Source: Patescibacteria group bacterium
GTDB taxonomy: Bacteria > Patescibacteriota > Dojkabacteria > GCA-002793355
Length of the DNA stretch: 64,000 nt
Direction: 5' to 3'
Assembly (NCBI GenBank): GCA_016860985.1
Contig: BOKM01000001.1
Location: 527,462 to 591,461 of the forward strand
The notes under the pieces were generated by a model. That model saw only the letters and a program-made list of their open reading frames with translations. It did not search any database and was not told where the DNA came from. Position 1 is the first letter of the stretch, and every line of letters starts with the position of its first letter. The position numbers and the translations under genes were made by a program. Shown here one piece after another: positions 27,640-36,678 of this stretch.

Positions 27640-29612
27640 GTTCGGGAGATGGGCAATTTAATAGCCCGCACGGTATTGCAATTGATTCTACTGGAAATGT
27701 GTACATTGCTGACCGATTTAATCACAGAATTCAAAAATTTACTTCTGCGGGTGTTTATGTAAGTCAATGGGGGAACTACGGCTCCGGCGATGGTCAATTA
27801 GACCAGCCAATTGGGCTTGCAATAGATTCTGCGGACAACGTGTATGTTGTTGAACGCAGTGCAATGGACAGGGTACAAAAATTTGATAGCAGCGGGAATT
27901 TTATATTGAAATGGGGGAGTTATGGTACTGCGGATGGTCAATTTGGAGGAATTAGTGATATTACCATCGATGTAAATGATAACGTCTTCGTTTCAGATGG
28001 TTCGAGAGAAGATATCCAAAGATTTTCTACGGAGGGCGTATTCACGGGTGTAATTGGAGAATCCGGTACCGGCGATGGTCAGTTCCAGTACCCTTATGGT
28101 TTAGCTACTGACCCAGATGGTAGACTCTACGTCGCGGATTACGATAATTACAGAGTCCAAAAATTCGATGCAGCCGGAAACTTTATTATGAAATGGGGAG
28201 TAGAAGGTTCAGGCGCAGGTCAGTTTATGTGGCCACTTCAAGTAGAATACGGTCCAAATCACCTTGTTTATGTATTAGATGACGATAATAGACTACAGTT
28301 CTTTGACTTTGGTGATTACGAAGCGCCCACAGGTACTCCAACTCCCACGCCTACTCCAACTGCTACACCTACACCAACCGCTACGCCAACCCCAACTGCG
28401 ACTATCCCTACAGTAACGAGTGACAGTGTGGTCGGAATCATTAGCAGTGCAGCTACAGTAAACGGAAATGTTACCAGTGATGGTGGCTCTGCCATCACCG
28501 AGCGAGGTGCGGTGTATTCCAGTACCTCCACCACACCGACGCTCTCAGACACCAAGCAAACGACTTCTGGTACCACAGGATCCATGACGTTTGCCATAGT
28601 CGGCTTGCAATCTGGTACACATTACTACCTCCGAGCGTACGCCACAAATGCAGAAGGAACTGCCTACGGGAGTGTAATTGAATTTGATACTCCCGCATCG
28701 GCAGGTACCAGCCCAACAGTGACCACGGGCGTCGTCAGTAGTATCGGAGAAAATGGTGCCACAATAGCAGGTGTTGTAGCATCGGATGGAGGGAATACCA
28801 TTACCCAGCGAGGTATTGTTTACTCGAGCGCCAACCAGTTGCCAACCATTGCGAATGCAAGAGTTATTGTTGCAGGTACTACAGGAAGCTTTACAGGTAC
28901 TATAACAGGGCTTACAACCTCTGTTACCTATTACGCTCGTGCATATGCAACGAATAGTTTGGGGACTTCTTATGGCTCAGTGGTTCAGTTTAGGACTCTA
29001 GAACCTGCTGCACTTCGTAGTGTGTACTATACGTTTGGCAAATTTAAGTACAACAAGTACGTTTCTCCTTCTGCTCTTCGTGCCGGCGATACAGCGTACA
29101 TCAAGAACTACAACACAAGTAAAATCAAATTGATACAAGTGTTCTTGTATGACTATGCGAAAAAAGGAAATCAAGGCTTTGCAAAATCAAAAGTGACCAC
29201 TACCTCAATGTTCCTTCGTACAAGTAGTACTCTTCCTACGGGAAAACGATACGCTTATGTTATGAAATTCCAAGATAAAGCAACGGGAATTGTAGCTACA
29301 AAATACTTTGTCTTCTACACAACAAAAACATGGCAAGGTAAATCAGTTCTAGGGGTCAGCACAACGGCCGTATCTACGGACACTCCAACTGTCACCTCGA
29401 CTCCAACTGCCGGATTTCCTTCAGATGCTGTGGAGCAATCAGTAAACGGTGAAACTGACAATAGCCAGGATATTCCTGCAGTCACTACTGGGATTACTGA
29501 GGATAAAACCGAGAATAAAGAGAGCGGGGCAGCACCCTTACTTATAACGGCAGGAATAGTTTTAGGAGGTGGAGCATTGGCTTATATACTGTTTACAAAG
29601 AAAACCAGCTAG
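27627..29612 (+). CDS. Giant NHL-repeat surface protein, 3' segment. It has NHL repeats, PT-rich linkers, Ig-like repeats and a C-terminal TM anchor.
   Basis: It starts in the middle of a repeat (GTLGSGDGQFNSPHGIAIDSTGNVYIAD), in the frame 1 nt upstream of the preceding ORF. It has a PTPTPTATPTPTAT linker and a C-terminal hydrophobic anchor (LLITAGIVLGGGALAYILF). Confidence 0.55.
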   Translation: MGTLGSGDGQFNSPHGIAIDSTGNVYIADRFNHRIQKFTSAGVYVSQWGNYGSGDGQLDQPIGLAIDSADNVYVVERSAMDRVQKFDSSGNFILKWGSYGTADGQFGGISDITIDVNDNVFVSDGSREDIQRFSTEGVFTGVIGESGTGDGQFQYPYGLATDPDGRLYVADYDNYRVQKFDAAGNFIMKWGVEGSGAGQFMWPLQVEYGPNHLVYVLDDDNRLQFFDFGDYEAPTGTPTPTPTPTATPTPTATPTPTATIPTVTSDSVVGIISSAATVNGNVTSDGGSAITERGAVYSSTSTTPTLSDTKQTTSGTTGSMTFAIVGLQSGTHYYLRAYATNAEGTAYGSVIEFDTPASAGTSPTVTTGVVSSIGENGATIAGVVASDGGNTITQRGIVYSSANQLPTIANARVIVAGTTGSFTGTITGLTTSVTYYARAYATNSLGTSYGSVVQFRTLEPAALRSVYYTFGKFKYNKYVSPSALRAGDTAYIKNYNTSKIKLIQVFLYDYAKKGNQGFAKSKVTTTSMFLRTSSTLPTGKRYAYVMKFQDKATGIVATKYFVFYTTKTWQGKSVLGVSTTAVSTDTPTVTSTPTAGFPSDAVEQSVNGETDNSQDIPAVTTGITEDKTENKESGAAPLLITAGIVLGGGALAYILFTKKTS

Positions 29613-29640
29613 GTGCTACCAAGGCTCGGTACTTTTAAGG

Positions 29641-29646
29641 TATAAT
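29641..29646 (+). promoter_or_regulatory. The -10-like TATAATTC box 9 nt upstream of tRNA-Ile.
   Basis: TATAAT at 29641..29646 is followed by TC. The same TATAATTC motif recurs upstream of four other tRNAs. Confidence 0.4.
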
Positions 29647-29655
29647 TCACCATGT

Positions 29656-29727
29656 GGGCGTATAGCTCAGTGGTAGAGCGCTGTTCTTATAAAGCAGTGG
29701 TCCTTGGTCCGATCCCAAGTACGCCCA
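29656..29727 (+). tRNA. tRNA-Ile with anticodon TAT (UAU, AUA-decoding).
   Basis: Hand-folded: acceptor GGGCGTA/TACGCCC, D-arm GCTC-AGTGGTA-GAGC, anticodon arm CTGTT-CTTATAA-AGCAG with the anticodon at 34-36 = TAT, T-arm CTTGG-TCCGATC-CCAAG (the T-loop has C55 rather than U55), discriminator A. Confidence 0.65.
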
Positions 29728-29748
29728 ATTTCTTTGTTTTTACGCATT

Positions 29749-30387
29749 ATGATAGAAAGCGCACATCCTCTTCAGAAAAGAATTCCGCACCAAAAGGAAG
29801 TTGAGATTGAATATAGGCACTTTTCGGTTGGTGCCATCCCGTATCGAATTATTGAAGGTAGAGTGGAGGTTTTGGTCCATCACTTTGTGCAAACACCACC
29901 ATTACAAGTAGTATCTGCAGAACCTGTGGTTTTTCAAGATGTTTACAAACTAATGACAGAAACCCCAGAGAAAGGAGAAAATCCAGAGACGACAGTGGCG
30001 AGAGGGCTTAAAGAAGAATTTGGCGCAGCGGGGTTGTGTAAAAATAATTGGAAAATACGGACAAAAACAGTTTATCCGTGGTATTCACCGCAGCAAAAGC
30101 GAGGAATTATGACAGAGAAGACGACCGACTATTTTCTGGTTGAGAATGTAACTTTCGTAGGAGGAAGAGAGACTAATACCCTCGAAGGTCGAAGCAATCT
30201 TGAATGGGTAGAAATTGGTGTTTTAGCAGAGAAAATGGAAGGGCAACTGATTCGATATCCAGAAATCCCCGATGTAGATGAATCAGCCGCGCTTTATGCA
30301 GCTATGAATCATTTGGCATTAAGCAAAGAAGAAGAGAAAATCTTCGCCAATATTGCGTCAGATATTACTAAGAGGTCTTCTCGATAA
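29749..30387 (+). CDS. Possible Nudix-family hydrolase. The start was moved to an internal Met to clear the tRNA.
   Basis: It has a partial Nudix box (ENPETTVARGLKEEFGAAG, RxxxEExG-like). The 5' extension of the ORF overlaps tRNA-Ile. Confidence 0.3.
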   Translation: MIESAHPLQKRIPHQKEVEIEYRHFSVGAIPYRIIEGRVEVLVHHFVQTPPLQVVSAEPVVFQDVYKLMTETPEKGENPETTVARGLKEEFGAAGLCKNNWKIRTKTVYPWYSPQQKRGIMTEKTTDYFLVENVTFVGGRETNTLEGRSNLEWVEIGVLAEKMEGQLIRYPEIPDVDESAALYAAMNHLALSKEEEKIFANIASDITKRSSR

Positions 30388-31411
30388 TGGCAAGCACTTG
30401 AGCAAGTGCTTCTTGGGCGGAATTCGCTTTTATTCTCGCTGCTGCTGATTGTGGGTGCCCGCCTCCTCCAAGCGATTTTGCATACCTATCTACTGGAGTA
30501 TCAGCACTGCTTGCCCTAAAACGTGCGGTATACACATTGTCTTCTAAAAGATGTGGGTAAATAACTACGCCACTTGTTGCAGTTTCTACCAACGAAATAA
30601 CAAGATTCGAGATATAAAGTGCTGCATCACCTAACTTTTTTGAGTCAAGGTCATAGGCAGCCAAATCTTCGTTAGAAAGAAGCGTGTATGCAAATTCTTT
30701 GGTATGTAGTTCTGTATTCTTCATGAATACAGATATTACTTTCAGTGTCGCGAGCTCAATTCGTTCCATGCTGTTTGCAATATGCTCAATACTTACGGTA
30801 CTGTGCGCAAGAAGTTCAGCAGAAATGCTTAAAAGCGGTGCTTGTGAGTGCTGCCCGTAGGCAAACTTGAAGCGGTTCGTATCAGCAATAATTCCGTACA
30901 TTAGACTGTCTGCTACCTTCGGTATGATGGGGAATCCTAACTCTTTATGAAATACCAGGTGTAGATTTGTTGCTGTCGAAGTTGGGTCAATATTTATATA
31001 AACATCTGCCTCGATATCTTTGTGCTCTGCTGGGTGATGGTCGATTATCGCAACAGGTATTCCTGCTTTTTGTATGTATTTTTTTATCTCGCCTGCATCT
31101 AGTTTGCTTGCAAGGTGGAGTTGCCCAAAATCAAGAAAAATAAGCAGGTCAACGCTGTTTTTTTGCAATGTCTCGAATATAGAACCGTTGGTAACCTCGT
31201 TGTAACCGGGAATAAAAGAGAGCGCGGCTGGTATGCGTTCACCGACTGCGAGAACTTCCTTTTTTTGATAATGAGTGAAAAGAATGAACTTCATTGCAGC
31301 CAACGAACTCAACGCATCGGGGTCTGCGCCAGTGTGACAAATTATCATGGGGTTATGACTCTGTCGTATGAGAGAATCAAGTTTCACTATACTTTCTGTG
31401 GCATTATCCAT
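30368..31411 (-). CDS. DHH/DHHA1 phosphoesterase (NrnA-like bifunctional oligoribonuclease / pAp phosphatase).
   Basis: It has DHH motifs (ICHTGADPDALSS and AIIDHHP) and a DHHA1 GGGH motif (SLGGGGHPQSAAARI), and is 347 aa. Confidence 0.75.
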   Translation of the reverse strand: MDNATESIVKLDSLIRQSHNPMIICHTGADPDALSSLAAMKFILFTHYQKKEVLAVGERIPAALSFIPGYNEVTNGSIFETLQKNSVDLLIFLDFGQLHLASKLDAGEIKKYIQKAGIPVAIIDHHPAEHKDIEADVYINIDPTSTATNLHLVFHKELGFPIIPKVADSLMYGIIADTNRFKFAYGQHSQAPLLSISAELLAHSTVSIEHIANSMERIELATLKVISVFMKNTELHTKEFAYTLLSNEDLAAYDLDSKKLGDAALYISNLVISLVETATSGVVIYPHLLEDNVYTARFRASSADTPVDRYAKSLGGGGHPQSAAARIKANSAQEALAQVLAIIEKTS

Positions 31412-31433
31412 ACGAGTATTGTACTATACCTTT

Positions 31434-32582
31434 ATGGCCTTCTTGCAGGACAAAAGGATATTACTACTTCATCCGTTTTTAAATTTCTATGGTGGTGCAG
31501 AATATCTACTCAAAGTTGTTGCCACAGAGATATTCCCTAAGGCAGACATTTATACATTTTCTTATCGCAAAGATATTCTTTCTGAAATGGGAATAGAGGA
31601 GTCTCGAATAATCTCCCCGCTCGGGAGGGGTATTTTCTCTTCTATGTATACACAAACAACCCCCCTCTACCCCTCAATGATGGACACACTCTCCGCAGAT
31701 AACTATGATTTGGTACTTTCCTTTACCTACGGGTATGTACACGGAATTGTTACTGCTCATACTCAACCGCATATCTCTTTTGTTCAGACCCCCATGAGAT
31801 TGCTTTGGCTTAAAGAAAGCGAGCATTATTGGTACGACAAAGTGCCAGTCGTTAGAGAACTGTACAGGAGTATTCTTGCTTGGCAGCGAGTGTGGGATCG
31901 CCAAGCTGCAACCCGCCCCGATTATCTGCTTGCAAACTCACATATAGTTGGCAAGCGGGTCGAAACCTTTTGGGGAAGAACCGCTCAAGTAGTTTATCCA
32001 CCTGTTGATACTGCTTTCTATGCTCCAAGTGAACACGTAACTAAATCGGATTACTTTATTACTCATTCTCGGCTAGTTCGCTACAAAAGAATAGACATAC
32101 TTATTGATGCCTGCATTCAACAGAATAAAAAGCTAATGGTCGTTGGAGATGGTCCCGATTATAAACGCTTAAAAGCAGTTGCTAAAAGGAGTCCACTTAT
32201 TGAATTTACTGGATATGTCTCTCACGAAGAGAAAAGGCATTTATTGCAAGAAGCAAAAGGTTTCCTATTTGCAGCAGAAGAAGATTTTGGTATTGCGCCA
32301 GTAGAAGCACTCGCTGCAGGGACTTCGGTACTCGCCTATGGAAAGGGTGGAGTAACAGAAACGATAACAGCGGACACAGGCATGTTCTTTAAAGAACAAT
32401 CGGCAAAAAGTCTTGCTGGTTCGTTGGAAAATTTTGAGACGTTTGTTGGCCATGTAAATGCTGGAGTCTTAAGTAAACAAGCAGAAAAATTTTCAAAGAA
32501 ACAGTTCGTTGATACGTATTCTGCTACTGTTTCTAACAAGGTTTCAGATTTTGAAAAAAACGGCCCTCCGCTGTTAGCTTAG
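31434..32582 (+). CDS. Glycosyltransferase family 1 (GT4-type retaining glycosyltransferase).
   Basis: It has the EDFGIAPVEALAAGTSVLAYGKGGVTETI motif (EX7E). The start was set at MAFLQDKRILLLHP to avoid overlap with the upstream minus-strand gene. Confidence 0.65.
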   Translation: MAFLQDKRILLLHPFLNFYGGAEYLLKVVATEIFPKADIYTFSYRKDILSEMGIEESRIISPLGRGIFSSMYTQTTPLYPSMMDTLSADNYDLVLSFTYGYVHGIVTAHTQPHISFVQTPMRLLWLKESEHYWYDKVPVVRELYRSILAWQRVWDRQAATRPDYLLANSHIVGKRVETFWGRTAQVVYPPVDTAFYAPSEHVTKSDYFITHSRLVRYKRIDILIDACIQQNKKLMVVGDGPDYKRLKAVAKRSPLIEFTGYVSHEEKRHLLQEAKGFLFAAEEDFGIAPVEALAAGTSVLAYGKGGVTETITADTGMFFKEQSAKSLAGSLENFETFVGHVNAGVLSKQAEKFSKKQFVDTYSATVSNKVSDFEKNGPPLLA

Positions 32583-32644
32583 TTTGACATATTGTGCGAC
32601 TTCACTGTACTATAGAGGTACTATAACTTTACTGCCCCGTTCAT

Positions 32645-33289
32645 ATGGATCAACCAAAATCCGACAAATTTTCAGAACTATCTCCAGTACTCGAGCTCGT
32701 GTATGTGATGCTTACAAACATGGCCAAATATGTTGATGTCTATGCAAATGACATTCAAGCCGAAAAAATAGAACAATATGCCGTTGCTCAAGATGCCTTA
32801 CGTACTGCAATCGCACGCTTTGACGAAATGTATGGATTGCAATCTCCATCTTCAACTCCGCTTGTAGAAGATACAGAAGTCGAACCAGTTCCCGCCCAAG
32901 TAGCAGCACCGGTAGAGGCCGTTGCACCAGTAGCTCCACAAGAACAAAGCGCATACGAATTTGCATCCGGAAATGACCCCGAATCATTAAAGAAAGCAAA
33001 GCAGGCAGTGGAAGAGTTAAAGACCCTTTTTGCTGATATGAAGAACCAAGAGTCAGCCGTACAAACGAGTCAAGAACCAGCGCCTGTTACACTAGAAGCT
33101 CCAGCGGACACCCTAAATCCAACAACTCCAATGCCAACTTTTGTGACTCCTCCAACGCAACCGCAAGCTACAACAACTGAATTGCCAAGCCCTATGAATA
33201 CTCCATCGGCATCACAAGACGCATCCGAAATTGATTCAATCCTCAAAGAGCTAAAGAACCTGCAAAACAAAGGAACGCAGCAGTTGTAA
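32645..33289 (+). CDS. Hypothetical acidic Pro/Ala/Thr-rich protein.
   Basis: It is 214 aa with no motifs and a low-complexity C-terminal half. Confidence 0.3.
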   Translation: MDQPKSDKFSELSPVLELVYVMLTNMAKYVDVYANDIQAEKIEQYAVAQDALRTAIARFDEMYGLQSPSSTPLVEDTEVEPVPAQVAAPVEAVAPVAPQEQSAYEFASGNDPESLKKAKQAVEELKTLFADMKNQESAVQTSQEPAPVTLEAPADTLNPTTPMPTFVTPPTQPQATTTELPSPMNTPSASQDASEIDSILKELKNLQNKGTQQL

Positions 33290-33317
33290 AAATTACTACA
33301 ATCACGTACTCTTTGGT

Positions 33318-34244
33318 ATGACCTTTTCGCTACGAGTGGTAGTCGTTGCTTCAGTTTTAGTTCTTACACTCGTTTCCATTTTCTTTGTTTCTGGTTACCA
33401 ACTTGCGCGGCGGAACGAAGAAAACACTTTACTCATTGAGGCTTCTATTTCGCCAACTGCTACGGAGCAATTGCCTAGTGTTGTTCCGACTACTGTTTCG
33501 CCCACACCAACTCCAGTAAACAATAACAATTTTTCACTCGATTATGATTACCCTCCGACTACGCAAAAAAGTGGTACGGTAAGGATTCCAATTTTGACAT
33601 ACCACCATATTGCGGAGTTGCCTGAAAAGTCGAGTAGTAAACCATATTATGTGACGCCAATAATGTTTGAAAGACAGCTACAGTATCTAAAAGACAAAAA
33701 CTACAAAGTCGTTACCGCTCAAGAATTTTACGAGCTTTTAAAAAAAGGGAAGAATCCATCACAAAAAACGGTTATGTTGACCTTTGATGATGGGAGTAAG
33801 GATAACTATAAAAATGCGTATCCTCTGCTGAAGAAATATGGTTTTCCTGGTGTCTTTTATATCAATTCTTCAAAACTGCAAATCACAAAAACGCAATTAA
33901 AAGAAATGTCTGACAATGGCATGAGTATTGAATCGCATACTGCATCACACAAAGATTTAAAGAAAATCACCGACCAATCGGAGCTCGAATCGGAAATCAT
34001 TGGGTCAAAATATGCAATTGAGAAAATAACAGGAAGAAAAGTGTATTCAGTTTCCTACCCAGGCTGCACATATAATGACCGGGTGGTCGATGTGGCCGTG
34101 ATGGCGGGTTATAAATTTGGGGTTACCTGTTCAAAATACATAGATCACTATCCAAGCCGACTCTTCGCACTTTCGCGAATGCACATCTACAATGATTTCA
34201 CTAATTTCAAAAAACGGCTTTCTGGGTACTGGATTATTCCGTAA
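33318..34244 (+). CDS. Polysaccharide deacetylase (NodB-homology domain) with an N-terminal TM anchor.
   Basis: It has a TFDDG motif (MLTFDDGSKDNYKNAYPLL) and downstream His motifs (ESHTASH), and is 308 aa. Confidence 0.7.
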   Translation: MTFSLRVVVVASVLVLTLVSIFFVSGYQLARRNEENTLLIEASISPTATEQLPSVVPTTVSPTPTPVNNNNFSLDYDYPPTTQKSGTVRIPILTYHHIAELPEKSSSKPYYVTPIMFERQLQYLKDKNYKVVTAQEFYELLKKGKNPSQKTVMLTFDDGSKDNYKNAYPLLKKYGFPGVFYINSSKLQITKTQLKEMSDNGMSIESHTASHKDLKKITDQSELESEIIGSKYAIEKITGRKVYSVSYPGCTYNDRVVDVAVMAGYKFGVTCSKYIDHYPSRLFALSRMHIYNDFTNFKKRLSGYWIIP

Positions 34245-35415
34245 CCGGTAGCTGTTTCTCTTTCTGTTTGAGATACGTATGTATTTGTAGACCAATGGCA
34301 AACAGTACAAGCGCAAAAGTTGCCAATGTGAGCTTGGTGATTGAGTCAGAAGACGAAAGTAACCCAGCCAAAAAGATGTAAACGGCTGCCGAAAATCTTC
34401 CGAGCAAGCTTTTTAGTGACAAAATGCTGCTTCGTACTGGTGATGGTGTTTTTTCCTGAATATCGAGTTCGAGCTCGGTCTCAATTGCGCCAACTGCAAT
34501 CATTACGAGAAAAATCATAACGGGTATAAGGATTGGGTGCACAATATAACCAAGCAAGAAGACAAAGTTTGCAAGCGCAACAAGAAGTGCAATCGTTGCT
34601 TTTTTACCCGAAATTTTCTTTTGAATTTGTACTCCAACAAAGCGACCAAGGTAAAAGACTGCGATAAGTAAACCCCAATATTGAACTGGGATATGGACTA
34701 TATCAAGCAGGTTTCCATATAGCCACTTTACATTGTTTGAAAAGGCAAAAATGATGGCATAAACTACAAGAAGGCCTCTGAGTACCGTACTATTTTTGAA
34801 AACAGTAATACCTTCGAGTGCTTTTTCAAAGGGGTTTGCCTTTTCACCTTCTGTAGGTTTGCTGTGGGTTTCAGGGAGTGTTTGCAGGATAAAAAACGCC
34901 GCAATAAAAGTGAATGCATTTAGGAGAAGAGGTAGTAGTGGATTAATCTTGAATAGGAATGTACCAAGCGTAATCCCCAAGAGTGTCGAAATCATTGCTA
35001 CATTTTTAGCGTTTGGATAGAATGGTTTGTACTCATTTCCTAACACATCATGCATGTATGCCTGATCAGAGCCGGAAATCAGCGAGGTCCCAAGCGCAAA
35101 AACAAGGGTTCCTAGTCCAAGCATCCATGTTCCAACGGCAAAAGCCATAAATAAGCTTCCGACTGCTGTGATTAGGTAACCAAGCATCGTAGAAATTTTG
35201 TGTGAGTATGTATCTCCAATAACACCGGTAGGATACTCTAGGAGGACTACGGCAAGTGAATAAACGGCAATTATTCCATAGGCCTCGCCTAAAGGTACCT
35301 GCTTTAGCTCTGCAAAAGGTAACCAAATTGGAATCCAAAAGGCAAAAGAAGTAAGTATCGAAATAGCGAGTAATTTTTTCTTCAGTGTCATACAGGATAG
35401 TAACCCAAAAATCAC
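34234..35415 (-). CDS. MFS-type transporter.
   Basis: It is 393 aa with about 12 TM helices and an MFS-like loop between TM2 and TM3 (GVIGDTYSHK). Confidence 0.55.
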   Translation of the reverse strand: MIFGLLSCMTLKKKLLAISILTSFAFWIPIWLPFAELKQVPLGEAYGIIAVYSLAVVLLEYPTGVIGDTYSHKISTMLGYLITAVGSLFMAFAVGTWMLGLGTLVFALGTSLISGSDQAYMHDVLGNEYKPFYPNAKNVAMISTLLGITLGTFLFKINPLLPLLLNAFTFIAAFFILQTLPETHSKPTEGEKANPFEKALEGITVFKNSTVLRGLLVVYAIIFAFSNNVKWLYGNLLDIVHIPVQYWGLLIAVFYLGRFVGVQIQKKISGKKATIALLVALANFVFLLGYIVHPILIPVMIFLVMIAVGAIETELELDIQEKTPSPVRSSILSLKSLLGRFSAAVYIFLAGLLSSSDSITKLTLATFALVLFAIGLQIHTYLKQKEKQLPVTE

Positions 35416-35891
35416 TATTTGAGAATTGTTATTCTTACTGTACCAGCTGGCGTATCTGCAAAAATATCTTGTCCAATTTTGCCATTTAGGAGTGCCTGCC
35501 CAATGGGGGAGTCAACCGAAATTTTACCCTCTTCCGGTAAAGCTTCTTCGCTTGAAACCAAGGTCACTTCTGCAGGTTTACTTCCTTCTATTTGAATTGT
35601 TATTTTGCTCCCAATGTGAATCTTGTCGTGCTCTTTGTGTGGTGAGTAAATCTTTGCTCTTAAGAGTAACCTTCGGAGTTCGTTTCTTCTGGCCATTGTG
35701 TTTTGCAAGTCGATACTCGCAGTAATCCAAGGATTATTTTCGGGCATATCGCCGTCTTCGTAGGCAGTAGCCAACCGCGTTCGTATCTCTGGAAGAAGTG
35801 TTGTGTTTATATGTTGTATTTCGTCTTTAATTTCTTGAATCTTCTGTTGAGTCAAGAAAAGCGGCGAAAGTAATATCGCTTTTTTAGCCAT
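35415..35891 (-). CDS. greA: Transcription elongation factor GreA. The start was trimmed to MAKKAILLSP.
   Basis: It has a coiled-coil N-domain with YEDGDMPENNPWITA (acidic tip region) and a C-terminal FKBP-like domain (SPIGQALLNGKIGQDIF...GTVRITILK). Confidence 0.8.
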   Translation of the reverse strand: MAKKAILLSPLFLTQQKIQEIKDEIQHINTTLLPEIRTRLATAYEDGDMPENNPWITASIDLQNTMARRNELRRLLLRAKIYSPHKEHDKIHIGSKITIQIEGSKPAEVTLVSSEEALPEEGKISVDSPIGQALLNGKIGQDIFADTPAGTVRITILK

Positions 35892-35992
35892 AACGCATAT
35901 TGTAAGTGAGAAACTATCGAAAACTAGTGAAGAGGCGCTCGGTAACAACGGTTCCGAGGAACTCTTTGTGTGTGTGCATCAATTTGAAAAAA

Positions 35993-36064
35993 TTGCGGGA
36001 CTTGGACTCGAACCAAGAACCTTCAGGTTATGGGCCTGACGAGCTGCCTTTGCTCCATCCCGCG
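35993..36064 (-). tRNA. Initiator tRNA-fMet (anticodon CAT).
   Basis: Hand-folded from the reverse complement: a C1xA72 mismatch at the top of the acceptor stem, an A11:T24 pair, anticodon loop CCCATAA, T-arm CTTGG-TTCGAGT-CCAAG. CCA is not encoded. Confidence 0.75.
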
Positions 36065-36075
36065 ATATCAAGGGA

Positions 36076-36084
36076 ATTATACCA
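36076..36084 (-). promoter_or_regulatory. Extended -10 promoter (TGgTATAATTCC) 11 nt upstream of initiator tRNA-fMet.
   Basis: The reverse complement of 36076..36084 is TGGTATAAT. Confidence 0.45.
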
Positions 36085-36128
36085 CTCAAATGGTGGACGG
36101 GCAAGCCGCAACGGGGTAAAATACGGGT

Positions 36129-36674
36129 ATGAAATTAGATGTTGTTGTCCCAAAAGAACGAGGGGAAATTTTAAAAGCGACTGCAAAGCTGCTGCATGAA
36201 TCATATGGCGTTGAAAGCGAACAGTTAGACAATTCGATAGTTTGTGTAATAGATTTTGGCCCAGGAATGGGGAAAACTCCTTGTGTGTTGGCTCCAGTGT
36301 CACAGAGAGAGTATCCAATGGTTCGTATTGCTCTAAATGACACTGCAGTCGACATAACCGAAGTTCAGCGTTATCTTGCCGCGCAACTTCACGATTCAAC
36401 AATAAAGGAACCTTTTTATTACATTGTTCCGATAAAAGGTCAGCAGCTAGGGTATATTCGCGTCGGAACGGTCGAATATTTCCCAGACGAAATGGCAGAG
36501 GCCCCTTCAGTCGGAATAAAAATCAACTTTGGGGTGTTTCTTCGAGCTCAGGGGCAAGGAAAGCCCTTAACCCAAACGAGAGGGAATGAACCAGTGAAAA
36601 TGATTGCAGCAAGTCGCGTGGGCTTTGCCCGATTAAAATCAAATCCACACCTTAAAGGGGTGTTGGAGGCGTAG
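36129..36674 (+). CDS. Hypothetical protein.
   Basis: It is a 181-aa ORF with a good coding look and no recognisable motifs. Confidence 0.3.
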   Translation: MKLDVVVPKERGEILKATAKLLHESYGVESEQLDNSIVCVIDFGPGMGKTPCVLAPVSQREYPMVRIALNDTAVDITEVQRYLAAQLHDSTIKEPFYYIVPIKGQQLGYIRVGTVEYFPDEMAEAPSVGIKINFGVFLRAQGQGKPLTQTRGNEPVKMIAASRVGFARLKSNPHLKGVLEA

Positions 36675-36678
36675 TCGT

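Noticed and set aside
28320-28400. The ACTCCAACTCCCACGCCTACTCCAACTGCTACACCTACACCAACC repeats (and the similar run at 55540..55640) considered as a CRISPR or tandem-repeat locus.
   Set aside because: They are in-frame codon repeats encoding a (PT)n linker within CDSs. They are not spacer-repeat arrays, and no CRISPR array was seen anywhere in the window.
28316-28597. ORF 28316..28597(-) encoding a GVGVAVGV repeat peptide.
   Set aside because: It is the antisense reading of the PT-rich linker of the NHL gene, a compositional artefact.
35906-36402. ORFs 35906..36199(+) and 36028..36402(-).
   Set aside because: They overlap the initiator tRNA-fMet (35993..36064) and its promoter, and were treated as non-coding.
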